The notes: generated by a model not told the origin, from the sequence alone. A stretch of 64,000 bases of DNA from Candidatus Poribacteria bacterium (GCA_965197475.1 CBDANF010000003.1:160001-224000), one strand, 5' to 3'; counted from the first letter of the stretch, positions 41,759 to 53,017 are shown. Made by a program: numbers and translations.

Positions 41759-42979
41759 GTGCGAATAGTTTTTTCTAAATCAAGTTTTGCTTTTGTCATC
41801 GTAATGCTAACCTTCGTTATGGGCATAGCGGGCAGTTCATCCGCAAAAACACAAGAGAGCATTTTCACTGTTATAGAGACAGAAGATCCGGAATATCCCA
41901 CAATTGCGGCTTCTATCCAACTACCGTTTCGCGTCAGTCCAAACAACACTGTCGTCCTTGCCGGAAAACACGCGTATGTCACAACCGAAAAGCATTTGCA
42001 CGTCATTGATGTTTCTATTCCGCAACGGCCCTCTTATCTGACATCTCTCGCGTTTCGTAGTAAAATTGGCAATGCCTTTGTCTCTGGACACTATGTCATT
42101 GTAGCGGATGCTAAAAAGTTTCATTTCGTTGATGTTTCTGAGCCATCGCACCCCGTAATTCAATCTTCCATGCATCTACCCCATCAACACGCAATCAAAG
42201 ACCTTGATGTCCTTGGATCTTATCTTTATGTGATGGGCGCGAATGACTACCTGTACACTTTTTCCATAGGTGGTGCACAAGCACAACTTGTCAAGGCAGT
42301 TAAAATGTCAAGACGCTGGTGGTTGTTGAGCTTGAAAGCCGGAAGTCCTGAGGTGAAACAGGTTCTGCTTTCGACTTCAGACCCTCTTCCCGCAGGTCTC
42401 TCAAAACCACTCCTGTCTCGACGTGGGTTTTTACAACTCAGCAGCAGACAGGAAAAAGTCCGCGCAACGTCTGATTTTCTGGCAGTGGAGAGTCTGACAA
42501 ACCCAACGTGTGATCTGCTGATTTACGATGCGCGCAGAATTAATGATAGTCAGTCAAGTTTCTATGTTTGGTACTTTAACGTACAGTACCACTGTCTTAG
42601 GCATCTTTCCGCGACAGGGCACAAGACACTCACTCGCAGAAAACCGACAATTGCGTATGCTGTCGGAAACACCGGAGAGATGCAGCAAATTGCCCTCGAT
42701 CAGCCAAGTGAGACGATAGATGTCAACAACAAACGATTAGTGGGACCCGTCACAGATTTTCAATTTTCGAAGGATCTGCTTTACGTAACCAACGCAAAAG
42801 GATTCTTTTCTATTCACCGTATTCCTAAAGCGGGAAACCTTACAATAGAGATTCCCACGGAAGAAGACAGGGATAGGGTTATATCCGTCACACCGATTCA
42901 GGCAAATCATCCCATTAGCATTGCTGTTGGGAAACATTACGTCTGTGTGTTGGCTGCACCGAAAGATTCACGAAGATAA
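41759..42979 (+). CDS. Secreted LVIVD-repeat protein
   Basis: Signal peptide; GKHAYV...LHVIDVSIP, FHFVDVSEP. Confidence 0.65.
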   Translation: MRIVFSKSSFAFVIVMLTFVMGIAGSSSAKTQESIFTVIETEDPEYPTIAASIQLPFRVSPNNTVVLAGKHAYVTTEKHLHVIDVSIPQRPSYLTSLAFRSKIGNAFVSGHYVIVADAKKFHFVDVSEPSHPVIQSSMHLPHQHAIKDLDVLGSYLYVMGANDYLYTFSIGGAQAQLVKAVKMSRRWWLLSLKAGSPEVKQVLLSTSDPLPAGLSKPLLSRRGFLQLSSRQEKVRATSDFLAVESLTNPTCDLLIYDARRINDSQSSFYVWYFNVQYHCLRHLSATGHKTLTRRKPTIAYAVGNTGEMQQIALDQPSETIDVNNKRLVGPVTDFQFSKDLLYVTNAKGFFSIHRIPKAGNLTIEIPTEEDRDRVISVTPIQANHPISIAVGKHYVCVLAAPKDSRR

Positions 42980-43041
42980 TAACCTATAATAATTAACATC
43001 CGTTGATAGTGCCATTTGGTTTCTAAAAATGCTAAAATATT

Positions 43042-43070
43042 TTGACATGAAAGAGAGAATATGCTATAAT
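43042..43070 (+). promoter_or_regulatory. Consensus sigma70 promoter upstream of guaB
   Basis: TTGACA-17-TATAAT with extended -10 TG. Confidence 0.8.
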
Positions 43071-43210
43071 TTATTATAATTGGCGATACGTGTTTTTAGG
43101 ACAACATTAGCGAGCCTTTTCACCCACCTCAATCCGCATTATAGTAGATTTTAGAATTACTTGGACATTGTTATCGGTCCAGTTGGGAAACAGTTCCTAC
43201 CGCATATTTT

Positions 43211-43266
43211 GTAGCACAAACTTTTAGTTTGTGTCGTCCTTGCGCAAACTGAAAGTGGACGCTACA
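43211..43266. repeat. REP-like hairpin element in the guaB leader
   Basis: gtagcacaaacttttagtttgtg ... gcaaactgaaagtggacgctac. Confidence 0.5.
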
Positions 43267-43299
43267 GCAGTGTCCAGATAATTACAGATTTTACTATAA

Positions 43300-44817
<1,518 letters not shown>

Positions 44818-44857
44818 ACTATTGAGACTCAGTAAGTCAAGCAAAGGGAGAAAAACG

Positions 44858-45961
44858 ATGAAAATCCGTATTGAAATCCTCACAACTTTACTATTGACGA
44901 CCGTTACTCTGCTCGCTGGCTGCTCTGGCTGCGGACAGAAAACCGCCCCCGAACACGCAGACCCTTATAACCAAGCAGAACACGGACCCGTCGCGGCGAA
45001 TAGCCGAAAGCCCGTAAAACTAACCATTGTTGAACCGAGTTTTGAGAGACTGATAGAACAGTTCAAAGCAGATGTCACTGAAAATAAGGGGGACCCAGAG
45101 ATGCTCAAACGCAAAAGAAAAGCAATTGCCAACCCCGATATACTGTGGGATGGCATCGGATTTGAGGTGCCCCCCACACTAAATTTCGATGAAATCCCAA
45201 GACTGCCGGGCTACAATCCAACACGCGATAAGATAAAAGTCCGCTCTTATTCTGAAAAAGGAAAACCTATACACGGGGTCTATGATCATGACAAAGAAGT
45301 GTATCCTTTTGCGGGCAAAGTTATCTACAAAACAAAAGATCAAGAGGAGAGGTTGGATGCTGTACGGCAAAACTGGAGGCATTTGAATCCAAATTCCGAC
45401 CCAGATGATACTAACTACTATCGAAAACGTGCTCCGATTGTGTATGAGGGAATAGATACACTCATTGCTGCAAAACATCTGAGTCAAGCGTTTAGCCCTG
45501 CTAAAAAAGCTCTTGGCGTTGAATATGCGGAGCGTGCAATACGTGAAAATCCGAACTCTGTTGAAGCGATGCGTATTTGGGTCAAATGCCATCCTGAAGA
45601 TCAAAAGATTGAGGCATACCAACAGCTGCTTTCAAAGTTCCCCAACGATGCGTTTGCTCACGAGCAAATCGCCGGCTACTACTACCGCGAAGAAGATACG
45701 GTTTCCGCCCTGGACCACATGCTGAAGGCTTGTCTGTTAGATAGTCGTATCGCGAAAACGAATGACTTATTAGCCAAATGTTATTTCAAACTCAGTGAAT
45801 GGGAGAAAGCCGTTGCTGCGTATCAGGGCATGGATTATTTTGTCAGTCCGAATTTTCTCTTTGAGAGTCCTGACAAAATAACTAAAGCCAAAGATGAGGT
45901 GCATAAGCAGCGAAAAGGGTATTCAGTTATAGAATTAACACAAGAAGGATATGACAAATGA
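44858..45961 (+). CDS. Variable TPR lipoprotein A1
   Basis: Lipobox LLAG-CSGC; C-terminal TPRs; paralog of A2-A4. Confidence 0.85.
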   Translation: MKIRIEILTTLLLTTVTLLAGCSGCGQKTAPEHADPYNQAEHGPVAANSRKPVKLTIVEPSFERLIEQFKADVTENKGDPEMLKRKRKAIANPDILWDGIGFEVPPTLNFDEIPRLPGYNPTRDKIKVRSYSEKGKPIHGVYDHDKEVYPFAGKVIYKTKDQEERLDAVRQNWRHLNPNSDPDDTNYYRKRAPIVYEGIDTLIAAKHLSQAFSPAKKALGVEYAERAIRENPNSVEAMRIWVKCHPEDQKIEAYQQLLSKFPNDAFAHEQIAGYYYREEDTVSALDHMLKACLLDSRIAKTNDLLAKCYFKLSEWEKAVAAYQGMDYFVSPNFLFESPDKITKAKDEVHKQRKGYSVIELTQEGYDK

Positions 45962-46101
45962 AATATCGCATTTCTGTTTTGACATTGTTTAGTGTGCTGA
46001 ATCCGTCCGCTGCGGATGGTCCACCGAGTGTTTCTATAGAGTCAGCGAATTTGGATGCGTATAATGGGTGGTTACCGAGAAAGCCATCCGCACGATATTG
46101 A
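45958..46101 (+). pseudogene. 5' stub of secreted protein B, type 1
   Basis: MKYRISVLTLFSVLNPSAADGPPSVSIESANLDAYNGWLP, then runs out of frame into the guaB tail. Confidence 0.7.
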
Positions 46102-46150
46102 TATTACGGAGGAAGCACCGAACTATACGGTTGCTAACCTTGCTACATAA
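46070..46150 (+). repeat. guaB 3' tail copy 1 (81 bp, matches 44737-44817); similarity continues through the intergenic spacer
   Basis: Encodes [26 protein letters not shown]. Confidence 0.95.
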
Positions 46151-46190
46151 ACTGTTGAGACTCAGCAAGTCAAGCAAAAGGAGAAAAACA

Positions 46191-47300
46191 ATGGAACTTC
46201 GTATAGAAAAGTTCTTAACTTTATTTATGATCGCGATTATATTCCTCGCGGGTTGTTCGGGGTGTGCACAAAAAAACGCTCTAAAAGGGATTGAACCGAC
46301 CAAGGATTACAACGAACAATCTAAATACGGACCGGTCGCAGCGAACACGCGCAAACAGGCAAAACTAAAGCCTTTCCTTGAACCGAGTTTTGAGAACCTT
46401 ATAGAACAGTTCAAAGCCGATGTCAAAGCCAACCGCGGTGACCCTGAAGTCCTCGCTCGCAAAAAACAGGCGATAAAGAACCCTAATTTGCTATGGCGAC
46501 CTTCATTTCGAGTCCCGAAAAAAAACAGGCAAAATCCGAGAACTTATCCTGAATATAATCCCTCTGCCGACGAGATCAGAATCCTAACCCATAATAAAAA
46601 AGGGGAACCATTACGCGCCAGATATTTCGATCATCCAGGTGTTCCTAACGGTCTTGAGATTGAATTCACAGGCAAAGCCTATTACCTCACGAAAGAACAG
46701 GAAGAAAGAATGAAATTAGTTTTACATTCAGACGATCTTCCACAAGATGAGCGACAACGTGAATATTATAAAATTATGTTTGAGGGTATAAATACGTTTA
46801 CAGCTGCAAAGTATTTGAGCAAAGAGACTTCCAGTATTGCAGAAACCATAGGTCTTGAATACGCTGAACGTGCCATGCGCGAACACCCAAACTCTCTTGA
46901 AGCTATGCATCTTTGGGCTAAATGCGTTCCATGGGAACCTATAGAAAATAAAAGAGATGCGTATGAAAAGTTATTGACGAAGTTTCCTAACGATGCCTCA
47001 GCACATTCTATACTTGGTTTCATATATTGGTCTCGTCTGGACTCTCCTGAGTTAGCCATCCCGCATTACCAAAAATCTATTCAACTTGATAGTCGTGGCG
47101 AAGCTGGCAAAAAGCATTGGTTAGCTTTCTGTTATGAGAAACTTGGAGAATATGAGAAAGCGGTCGCAGTCTATCAGAGCATCTCTGTAGTAGACACATA
47201 CGGTCCTCGTGGTTATATGATCCCTATGTCATTAAATTACGTACAAGACGTGGTATATAAACAACGAACAGGTCGTTCCTTTTATGACTTAGACGATTAG
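46191..47300 (+). CDS. Variable TPR lipoprotein A2
   Basis: Lipobox FLAG-CSGC; EPSFENLIEQFKADV, EYAERAMREHPNS, TPRs. Confidence 0.85.
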   Translation: MELRIEKFLTLFMIAIIFLAGCSGCAQKNALKGIEPTKDYNEQSKYGPVAANTRKQAKLKPFLEPSFENLIEQFKADVKANRGDPEVLARKKQAIKNPNLLWRPSFRVPKKNRQNPRTYPEYNPSADEIRILTHNKKGEPLRARYFDHPGVPNGLEIEFTGKAYYLTKEQEERMKLVLHSDDLPQDERQREYYKIMFEGINTFTAAKYLSKETSSIAETIGLEYAERAMREHPNSLEAMHLWAKCVPWEPIENKRDAYEKLLTKFPNDASAHSILGFIYWSRLDSPELAIPHYQKSIQLDSRGEAGKKHWLAFCYEKLGEYEKAVAVYQSISVVDTYGPRGYMIPMSLNYVQDVVYKQRTGRSFYDLDD

Positions 47301-47311
47301 GAGGGTATTGA

Positions 47312-47758
47312 ATGAAAAAATACTATCTCACAATTTTACTTTTCACATTACTCCCGTTTGCACACGCACAAAACGTCTGTATAGAACCAATGTGGGACAC
47401 GTTTAATCAGTGGTTGCCTGAAGATGGGGACACGGTCACTTTTCTTGTGACCGTCTCGGAGGCAAGGTCCAAAGGGTCGATTGTATTAAATCTGACCAAT
47501 GTATCTACTTGGGAAGGGACATGCATGAACAAAGGGACAGGCGACGATGCTGATCTATACTTTACCAGAACAGATCAGGTATTAGCGGGTAGGATTCGTT
47601 CTGCTATGGGATATTGTGGCACGCCAGATATTGAGTCGTTACGCAGAGATGTCCAATTTGTCCGTATGTCAAGCAGCGGTTACAGAGAAAGCCATCCGCA
47701 CGATATTGATATTACGGAGGAAGCACCGAACTATACGGTCGCTAACCTGAACACATAA
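47312..47758 (+). pseudogene. 5' stub of secreted protein B, type 2, fused in frame to the last 55 codons of guaB
   Basis: Signal peptide ...FAHAQNVCIEP..WLP..; from 47592 IRSAMGYCG...VANLNT*. Confidence 0.85.
47592..47758 (+). repeat. guaB 3' tail copy 2 (167 bp, matches 44651-44817)
   Basis: 7 nt differences, 5 of them synonymous. Confidence 0.97.
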
Positions 47759-47798
47759 ATTGTTGAGACTCAGTAAGTCAAGCAAAGGGAGAAAACCG

Positions 47799-48897
47799 AT
47801 GAAAATCCGTATTGAAATCCTCACAACTTTACTATTGACGACCGTTACTCTGCTCGCTGGCTGCTCTGGCTGCGGACAGAAAACCGCCCCCGAACACGCA
47901 GACCCTTATAACCAAGCAGAACACGGACCCGTCGCGGCGAATAGCCGAAAGCCCGTAAAACTAACCATTGTTGAACCGAGTTTTGAGAGACTGATAGAAC
48001 AGTTCAAAGCAGATGTCACTGAAAATAAGGGGGACCCAGAGATGCTCAAACGCAAAAGAAAAGCAATTGCCAACCCCGATATACTGTGGGATGGCATCGG
48101 ATTTGAGGTGCCCCCCACACTAAATTTCGATGAAATCCCAAGACCGCCGGGCTACAATCCGACACGCGACGAGATAGTCATCCGCTCTCCTTTTGAAAGA
48201 GGTAAACCTATACGCGGGGTCTATCATCCCTGTGGAACATGACAAAGAAATATATCCTTTCGCTGGAAAAATTATCTACATCACAAAAGAGCAAAAGGAA
48301 AGGAAGGATGCTGCGCGCCAAAACTGGCATAATGCGAATCCGAACTCAAGAGCGGATGTTGACTATTACCGAGAACAGTATGCGATTACATTTGAAGGAA
48401 TAGACACACTCACAGCAGCAAAATATTTGAGTCAATTCAGTGATCCTAATCATCCCAGCACAAAAATTATCGGCATTGAATATGCAGCGCGTGCGATGCG
48501 TGAGCATCCGAACTCTGTTGAAGCGATGCGTATTTGGGTCAAATGCCATCCTGAAGATCAAAAGATTGAGGCATACCAACAGCTGCTTTCAAAGTTCCCC
48601 AACGATGCGTTTGCTCACGAGCAAATCGCCGACTACTACTACCGCGAAGAAGATACGGTTTTCGCCCTGGACCACATGCTGAAGGCTTGTCAGTTAGATA
48701 GTCGTATCGCGAAAACGAATGACTTATTAGCCAAATGTTATTTCAAACTCAGTGAATGGGAGAAAGCCGTTGCTGCGTATCAGGGCATGGATTATTTTGT
48801 CAGTCCGAATTTTCTCTTTGAGAGTCCTGACAAAATAACTAAAGCCAAAGATGAGGTGCATAAGCAGCGAAAAGGGTATTCAGTTATAGAATTATAG
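47799..48897 (+). CDS. Variable TPR lipoprotein A3 (frameshift in a C run at about 48230; last codons cut by IS630)
   Basis: Both ends near-identical to A1, middle divergent. Confidence 0.8.
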
Positions 48898-49801
48898 TAA
48901 ATCCCGTAATTACTTATACACTTTTATAATATCATCAATAGAAGTCTGAGCATTATATTGACGTATCCGCTTGATGTTGGCGAAATCCTTCTCAATCGGA
49001 TTCAACTCCGGTGAATACGGCGGTAAAAACAACAAACTCGCACCGCAATCCCGGATCAATGCTGCCGTCTGTGAACCTTTGTGGAAAGACGCATTATCCA
49101 TAATCACAACATGGCTATCGTCAAGCAATGGACACAACATTTCCGAAAGCCAACTGTTGAAGGCGATCACATCGCAACTGCCCTTGAAAAGCACAGGTGC
49201 TGTGAAACATCCATCAAGCCGTGCCGCAATCAGCGTCGTGGTGGTATACCGATGGCTTGGCACTTTATCTTCAACACGGACACCTTTCGGGCATAAGCAT
49301 ACCGACGGAAAGTGGTTTCAGTGAAACCACTTTCGTCAAGATAAACCGGTTTTTTGCCATGCTCCTGTGTCTCTTGTTGAAGTGCCGAAAGATACTCTTG
49401 GCGTTTTATCGGACACTGTTCTTTGTAGGTCGTTGTCTTTTTTTTCGCGTAATATTGAGTTTTGAGAAGGCATAAAAGATGCCGTTTGTTGAAACACCGA
49501 AGTGTTTGGCACGTTCGGCGAGTGTGCTATCGGGAAAATCGGCAACATGTTATTGAAGCGCATCATAATCAATGTGTCGGGGCCCTTTGGGACCCGGCTT
49601 CTCATAGGCAAAGGGGTTTTCTGCTTCTAACCAGTTATAGATCGTCCTTCTTGAGACACCGAAGGTGCGTTCTGCGGCGGCTTTACTGCCACCATTATTG
49701 ATGAAATCAAGCACGCTTTTGCGTCCATCTGTTGAATATGCCATAATCATAAAGGCTAACATAAATCACAGAAAATGTAAACTTATTTTCAGGATCTACT
49801 A
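48895..49801 (-). mobile_element. IS630-family element, probably defective
   Basis: Imperfect 26-bp IRs tagtaaatcc.../...ggatctacta; TA duplication at 48893-94 and 49802-03; MAYSTD..., LDESGF, MDNASFH, LPPYSPELNPIE; A8G slippery site at about 49440; in-frame TAA at 49550. Confidence 0.92.
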
Positions 49802-49823
49802 TAAGACAAGAAGGATATGACAA

Positions 49824-49967
49824 ATGAAATATCGCATTTCTGTTTTGACATTGTTTAGTGTGCTGAATCCGTCCGCTGCGGATGGTCCACCGAGTGTTTC
49901 TATAGAGTCAGCGAATTTGGATGCGTATAATGGGTGGTTACCGAGAAAGCCACCCTCACGATATTGA
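49824..49967 (+). pseudogene. 5' stub of secreted protein B, type 1 (second copy)
   Basis: Matches 45958-46069 with the same junction. Confidence 0.75.
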
Positions 49968-50016
49968 TATTACGGAGGAAGCACCGAACTATACGGTTGC
50001 TAACCTTGCTACATAA
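49936..50016 (+). repeat. guaB 3' tail copy 3 (81 bp)
   Basis: Same as copy 1 except CAT CCG changed to CAC CCT (both His-Pro). Confidence 0.95.
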
Positions 50017-50056
50017 ACTGTTGAGACTCAGCAAGTCAAGCAAAAGGAGAAAAACA

Positions 50057-51088
50057 ATGGAACTTCGTATAGAAAAGTTCTTAACTTTATTTATGATCGC
50101 GATTATATTCCTCGCGGGTTGTTCGGGGTGTGCACAAAAAAACGCTCTAAAAGGGATTGAACCGACCAAGGATTACAAAGAACAATCAAAATACGGACCG
50201 ATCGCAGCGAACAGTCGCAAACCGGCAAAACTGCCCCCGTTCCCCGAACCGAGTTTCGAAAACCTGATAGAACAGTTCAAAGCGGATGTCGCAGCGAACC
50301 GTGGTAATCCGGGAGCATTGGAACGCAAACGAAAAGCGATTGCTAATCCCAATATTTTAGATTGGCCCTTCTTTGTCTCTGCTGGTGATTACAAAAAAGG
50401 GGAACAACCACTGTCTAAATTATACAGATATGAGACTATCACTATCAAAACAACAGCGGAACAAGAGAAAAGACTGGATGCCTTAAGGTCAGAGGAGCTC
50501 CCATCTGATGTACACAAACGAAAAAGAAACGAGATTTATTTTGGGGGTGTTGATACCCTTACCGCTGCAAAGTATTTTATGACGCGTGGCAGTAGAAATG
50601 CCTCCACCTATGGGGTTGAATATGCCGAGCATGCCATGCGCGAAAATCCAAATTCCGTTGAAGCTATGCACGTCTGGGCGAGATGCAGCAGCAACACTAA
50701 GGACAAAGAAAAGGGAATTGCGGTATTCCGCAAGATGCTGTCCAAGTTCCCGAACGCTGCCGCAGCCCACATTGGACTCGCACAGAATCTCTTTTATCAG
50801 GCTCTGAAGGTTCAAAGGGAGTTTGGTGCTGGTTCTCATATAAATCTTGTGGAAGAAGCACTTCACCACACACAGACAGCGATACAACTTGACAGCCGCA
50901 TCCCACGGTATAACTACTTATTAGCGCGGTGTTATTTTGAACTGGGAGAATGGGAAAAGACGCTTATTGTCTACCATGGAATGCCTTCTATTGGTATGGG
51001 AGCTGCTTTTAATTTGACATTTCAGAGAGCTCATGGAAATCTCGCGAAACAAAGGGGTGAATATTCTCTCTTTAGAGGGACTGAATGA
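50057..51088 (+). CDS. Variable TPR lipoprotein A4
   Basis: N-terminus near-identical to A2, remainder divergent; TPRs. Confidence 0.85.
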   Translation: MELRIEKFLTLFMIAIIFLAGCSGCAQKNALKGIEPTKDYKEQSKYGPIAANSRKPAKLPPFPEPSFENLIEQFKADVAANRGNPGALERKRKAIANPNILDWPFFVSAGDYKKGEQPLSKLYRYETITIKTTAEQEKRLDALRSEELPSDVHKRKRNEIYFGGVDTLTAAKYFMTRGSRNASTYGVEYAEHAMRENPNSVEAMHVWARCSSNTKDKEKGIAVFRKMLSKFPNAAAAHIGLAQNLFYQALKVQREFGAGSHINLVEEALHHTQTAIQLDSRIPRYNYLLARCYFELGEWEKTLIVYHGMPSIGMGAAFNLTFQRAHGNLAKQRGEYSLFRGTE

Positions 51089-51172
51089 TAAAGATGCTCT
51101 CCTCTGCATAATATTTGTGGGCGCAATTTTAATCTATAAACCCATAATAGAAAACAATAATGGATAAACAAT

Positions 51173-51482
51173 ATGAAAAATTATTATCTCACTATTTTAT
51201 TTTTACTGTTTACATCACTCCCGTTTGCCCACGCACAAAACGTCTGTATAGAACCGTTAAATAAAACAGAGTTTAATGCGTGGCTACCTGAAGATGGGGA
51301 CACGGTCACTTTTCTTGTGACCGTCGCAGGTGCCCAATCCACAGGTTCCATCGAGTTAAATCTTACCAATGTATCTACTTGGGAAGGGACATGCATGAAC
51401 AAAGGGACAGGCAACGATGCTGATCTATACTTTACCAGAACAGATCAGGTATTAGCGGGTAGGATTCGTTCTGCTATGGGAT
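51173..51482 (+). pseudogene. 5' stub of secreted protein B, type 2, plus the start of guaB tail copy 4 (51462-51482), cut by IS3
   Basis: MKNYYLTILF...WLPEDGD...DQVLAG-RIRSAMG. Confidence 0.85.
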
Positions 51483-51561
51483 TGTACTGCCACCGGAAAT
51501 TCGGGCCGCTCTCTAAGACAAGATTATGGTATAATATCCATCTCCTTGAAAGGAGTATCCG

Positions 51562-51852
51562 ATGGCGAAACGAAAACGAAGAAACTTCACCCCCGAGTTT
51601 AAAGCCGAAGTTGTTCTTGAGGCTCTCAGCGTTGAAAGTTCCCAAGCAGAAGTGTGTCGGCGACATAACCTCATCGATGAACAACTTTCAAAGTGGAAGC
51701 GACAGCTTCTTGAAAAAGCGGCGACCCTCTTTGAACCCGCTGATAAACAGTCTGATGCCTCTGCGGAGCGGATCGCCCAACTTGAGCAACTCGTTGGGCG
51801 GTTGACCTTGGCACTTGACATCCAAAAAAAAGCCTCAACTTACTTGAGTTAG
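51562..51852 (+). CDS. IS3 transposase OrfA
   Basis: RRNFTPEFKAEVVLE HTH. Confidence 0.9.
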   Translation: MAKRKRRNFTPEFKAEVVLEALSVESSQAEVCRRHNLIDEQLSKWKRQLLEKAATLFEPADKQSDASAERIAQLEQLVGRLTLALDIQKKASTYLS

Positions 51853-51857
51853 CCTCG

Positions 51858-52688
51858 ATGGAGCAGCGAGAAATGGTTACGGCATTACGGACAGACTTTT
51901 CGGTTCGGCAGATATGTGAGACACTCGGTTTCAACCGAAGCAACCTCTATTATCACTCCAAGCAGGCCCCGTGTGAAGCGGGCCTCCAGGATGAAATAGA
52001 GACGTTATCTTTGCTATATCCAACATACGGATATAGGCGTCCCACACAGTTGTTGGTGCGTAACGGATACACCATCGGGTATAAACGTGTTGCCCGATTG
52101 ATGAAGTCCGCCAACCTCTCGGTTTCTGTCAAGCGTGTCTGTCAAACCACGACATCCGTTGCGGGTGTGCGTCCCTGGAGCAATCGCCTTGAAAACCTTG
52201 ATGTCTCCCGATGTAATCAGGTCTGGGTGGGCGATATTACCTACGTCCGCCTCAAAGGACACTTTATCTATGTTTGTCTGCTCATGGATGTCTTCACTCG
52301 CATGATCAGAGGGTGGCATATCAGTCAACACTTGACGCAATCTCTGACGTTGAAACCCTTGGAGACAGCATTATGTCAAAGTGTCCCAGAGATCCATCAT
52401 TCTGATCAAGGCGTTCAATATCTTTCAAATGCGTCCATCTCACTGCTTAGGCATCATGGGATTGAGATTTCAGTCGCCCGGAGAGGGTGTCCTTGGGAGA
52501 ACGGATATGCTGAAAGACTTATCCGCACGCTCAAGGAAGAAGAAGTTCATCTCAATGACTATGAGGACATCCACGAAGCAAGAACCCGCATTGGGCATTT
52601 TATTACACAAGTGTATAATCACAAACGCCCTCACTCTGCGTTAGGGTATTTGACACCTGTGGAATTTGAGCAAAAAAACTTGTCTTAA
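51858..52688 (+). CDS. IS3 transposase OrfB (rve integrase core)
   Basis: YGYRR, WVGDITY, HHSDQGVQY, ENGYAER, YNHKRPHSALGYLTP. Confidence 0.93.
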   Translation: MEQREMVTALRTDFSVRQICETLGFNRSNLYYHSKQAPCEAGLQDEIETLSLLYPTYGYRRPTQLLVRNGYTIGYKRVARLMKSANLSVSVKRVCQTTTSVAGVRPWSNRLENLDVSRCNQVWVGDITYVRLKGHFIYVCLLMDVFTRMIRGWHISQHLTQSLTLKPLETALCQSVPEIHHSDQGVQYLSNASISLLRHHGIEISVARRGCPWENGYAERLIRTLKEEEVHLNDYEDIHEARTRIGHFITQVYNHKRPHSALGYLTPVEFEQKNLS

Positions 52689-52727
52689 CTTTGCTAAATT
52701 TTGGTCTGAATAAACGGTAGCACTTCA

Positions 52728-53014
52728 TTATGTTTACCATTAATAATATAAATTTTTATATCATTATTAGCTAATCGTTTTAGTTTAAAGGTTTTAGATC
52801 CGAATCCATTTCGTATCATTTCACTACGATAAAAATCTTGAGTTCCTTTCATCCACTTAATTATATCGTCTTTCATTTTCTCAATAGGAGGTGCATCTGT
52901 AGGCCTAAAATAGATTGTATTAACTACAAAAGATTCTTGTGAATGGACATTTATAGATATACCTATAAATAATATAACTAAAAGATAAAGTAATTTTTTA
53001 AATTGATTTTGCAT
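52728..53014 (-). pseudogene. AT-rich secreted protein gene truncated at its 3' side by IS3
   Basis: Signal peptide, VNTIYFRPTD...QDFYRSEMIRNGFGSKTF; the ORF runs into the IS end. Confidence 0.7.
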
Positions 53015-53017
53015 ATT

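Larger units (their letters stand above)
51483..52727 (+). mobile_element. IS3-family element
   Basis: TG...CA ends with imperfect IRs of about 25 bp (tgtactgccaccgg / cggtagcacttca); orfA/orfB with A8G -1 frameshift site at 51824-51832; no target duplication. Confidence 0.93.

Noticed and set aside
46068-46190. N-terminal extensions of ORFs 46068, 49934, 44822 and 47760 in the ORF track
   Set aside because: They read through guaB tail/spacer sequence; the real starts are the RBS-preceded ATGs at 46191, 50057, 44858 and 47799, which give lipoprotein signal peptides.
51173-51805. 210-aa ORF
   Set aside because: Artefactual read-through from the B stub and guaB tail into IS3.
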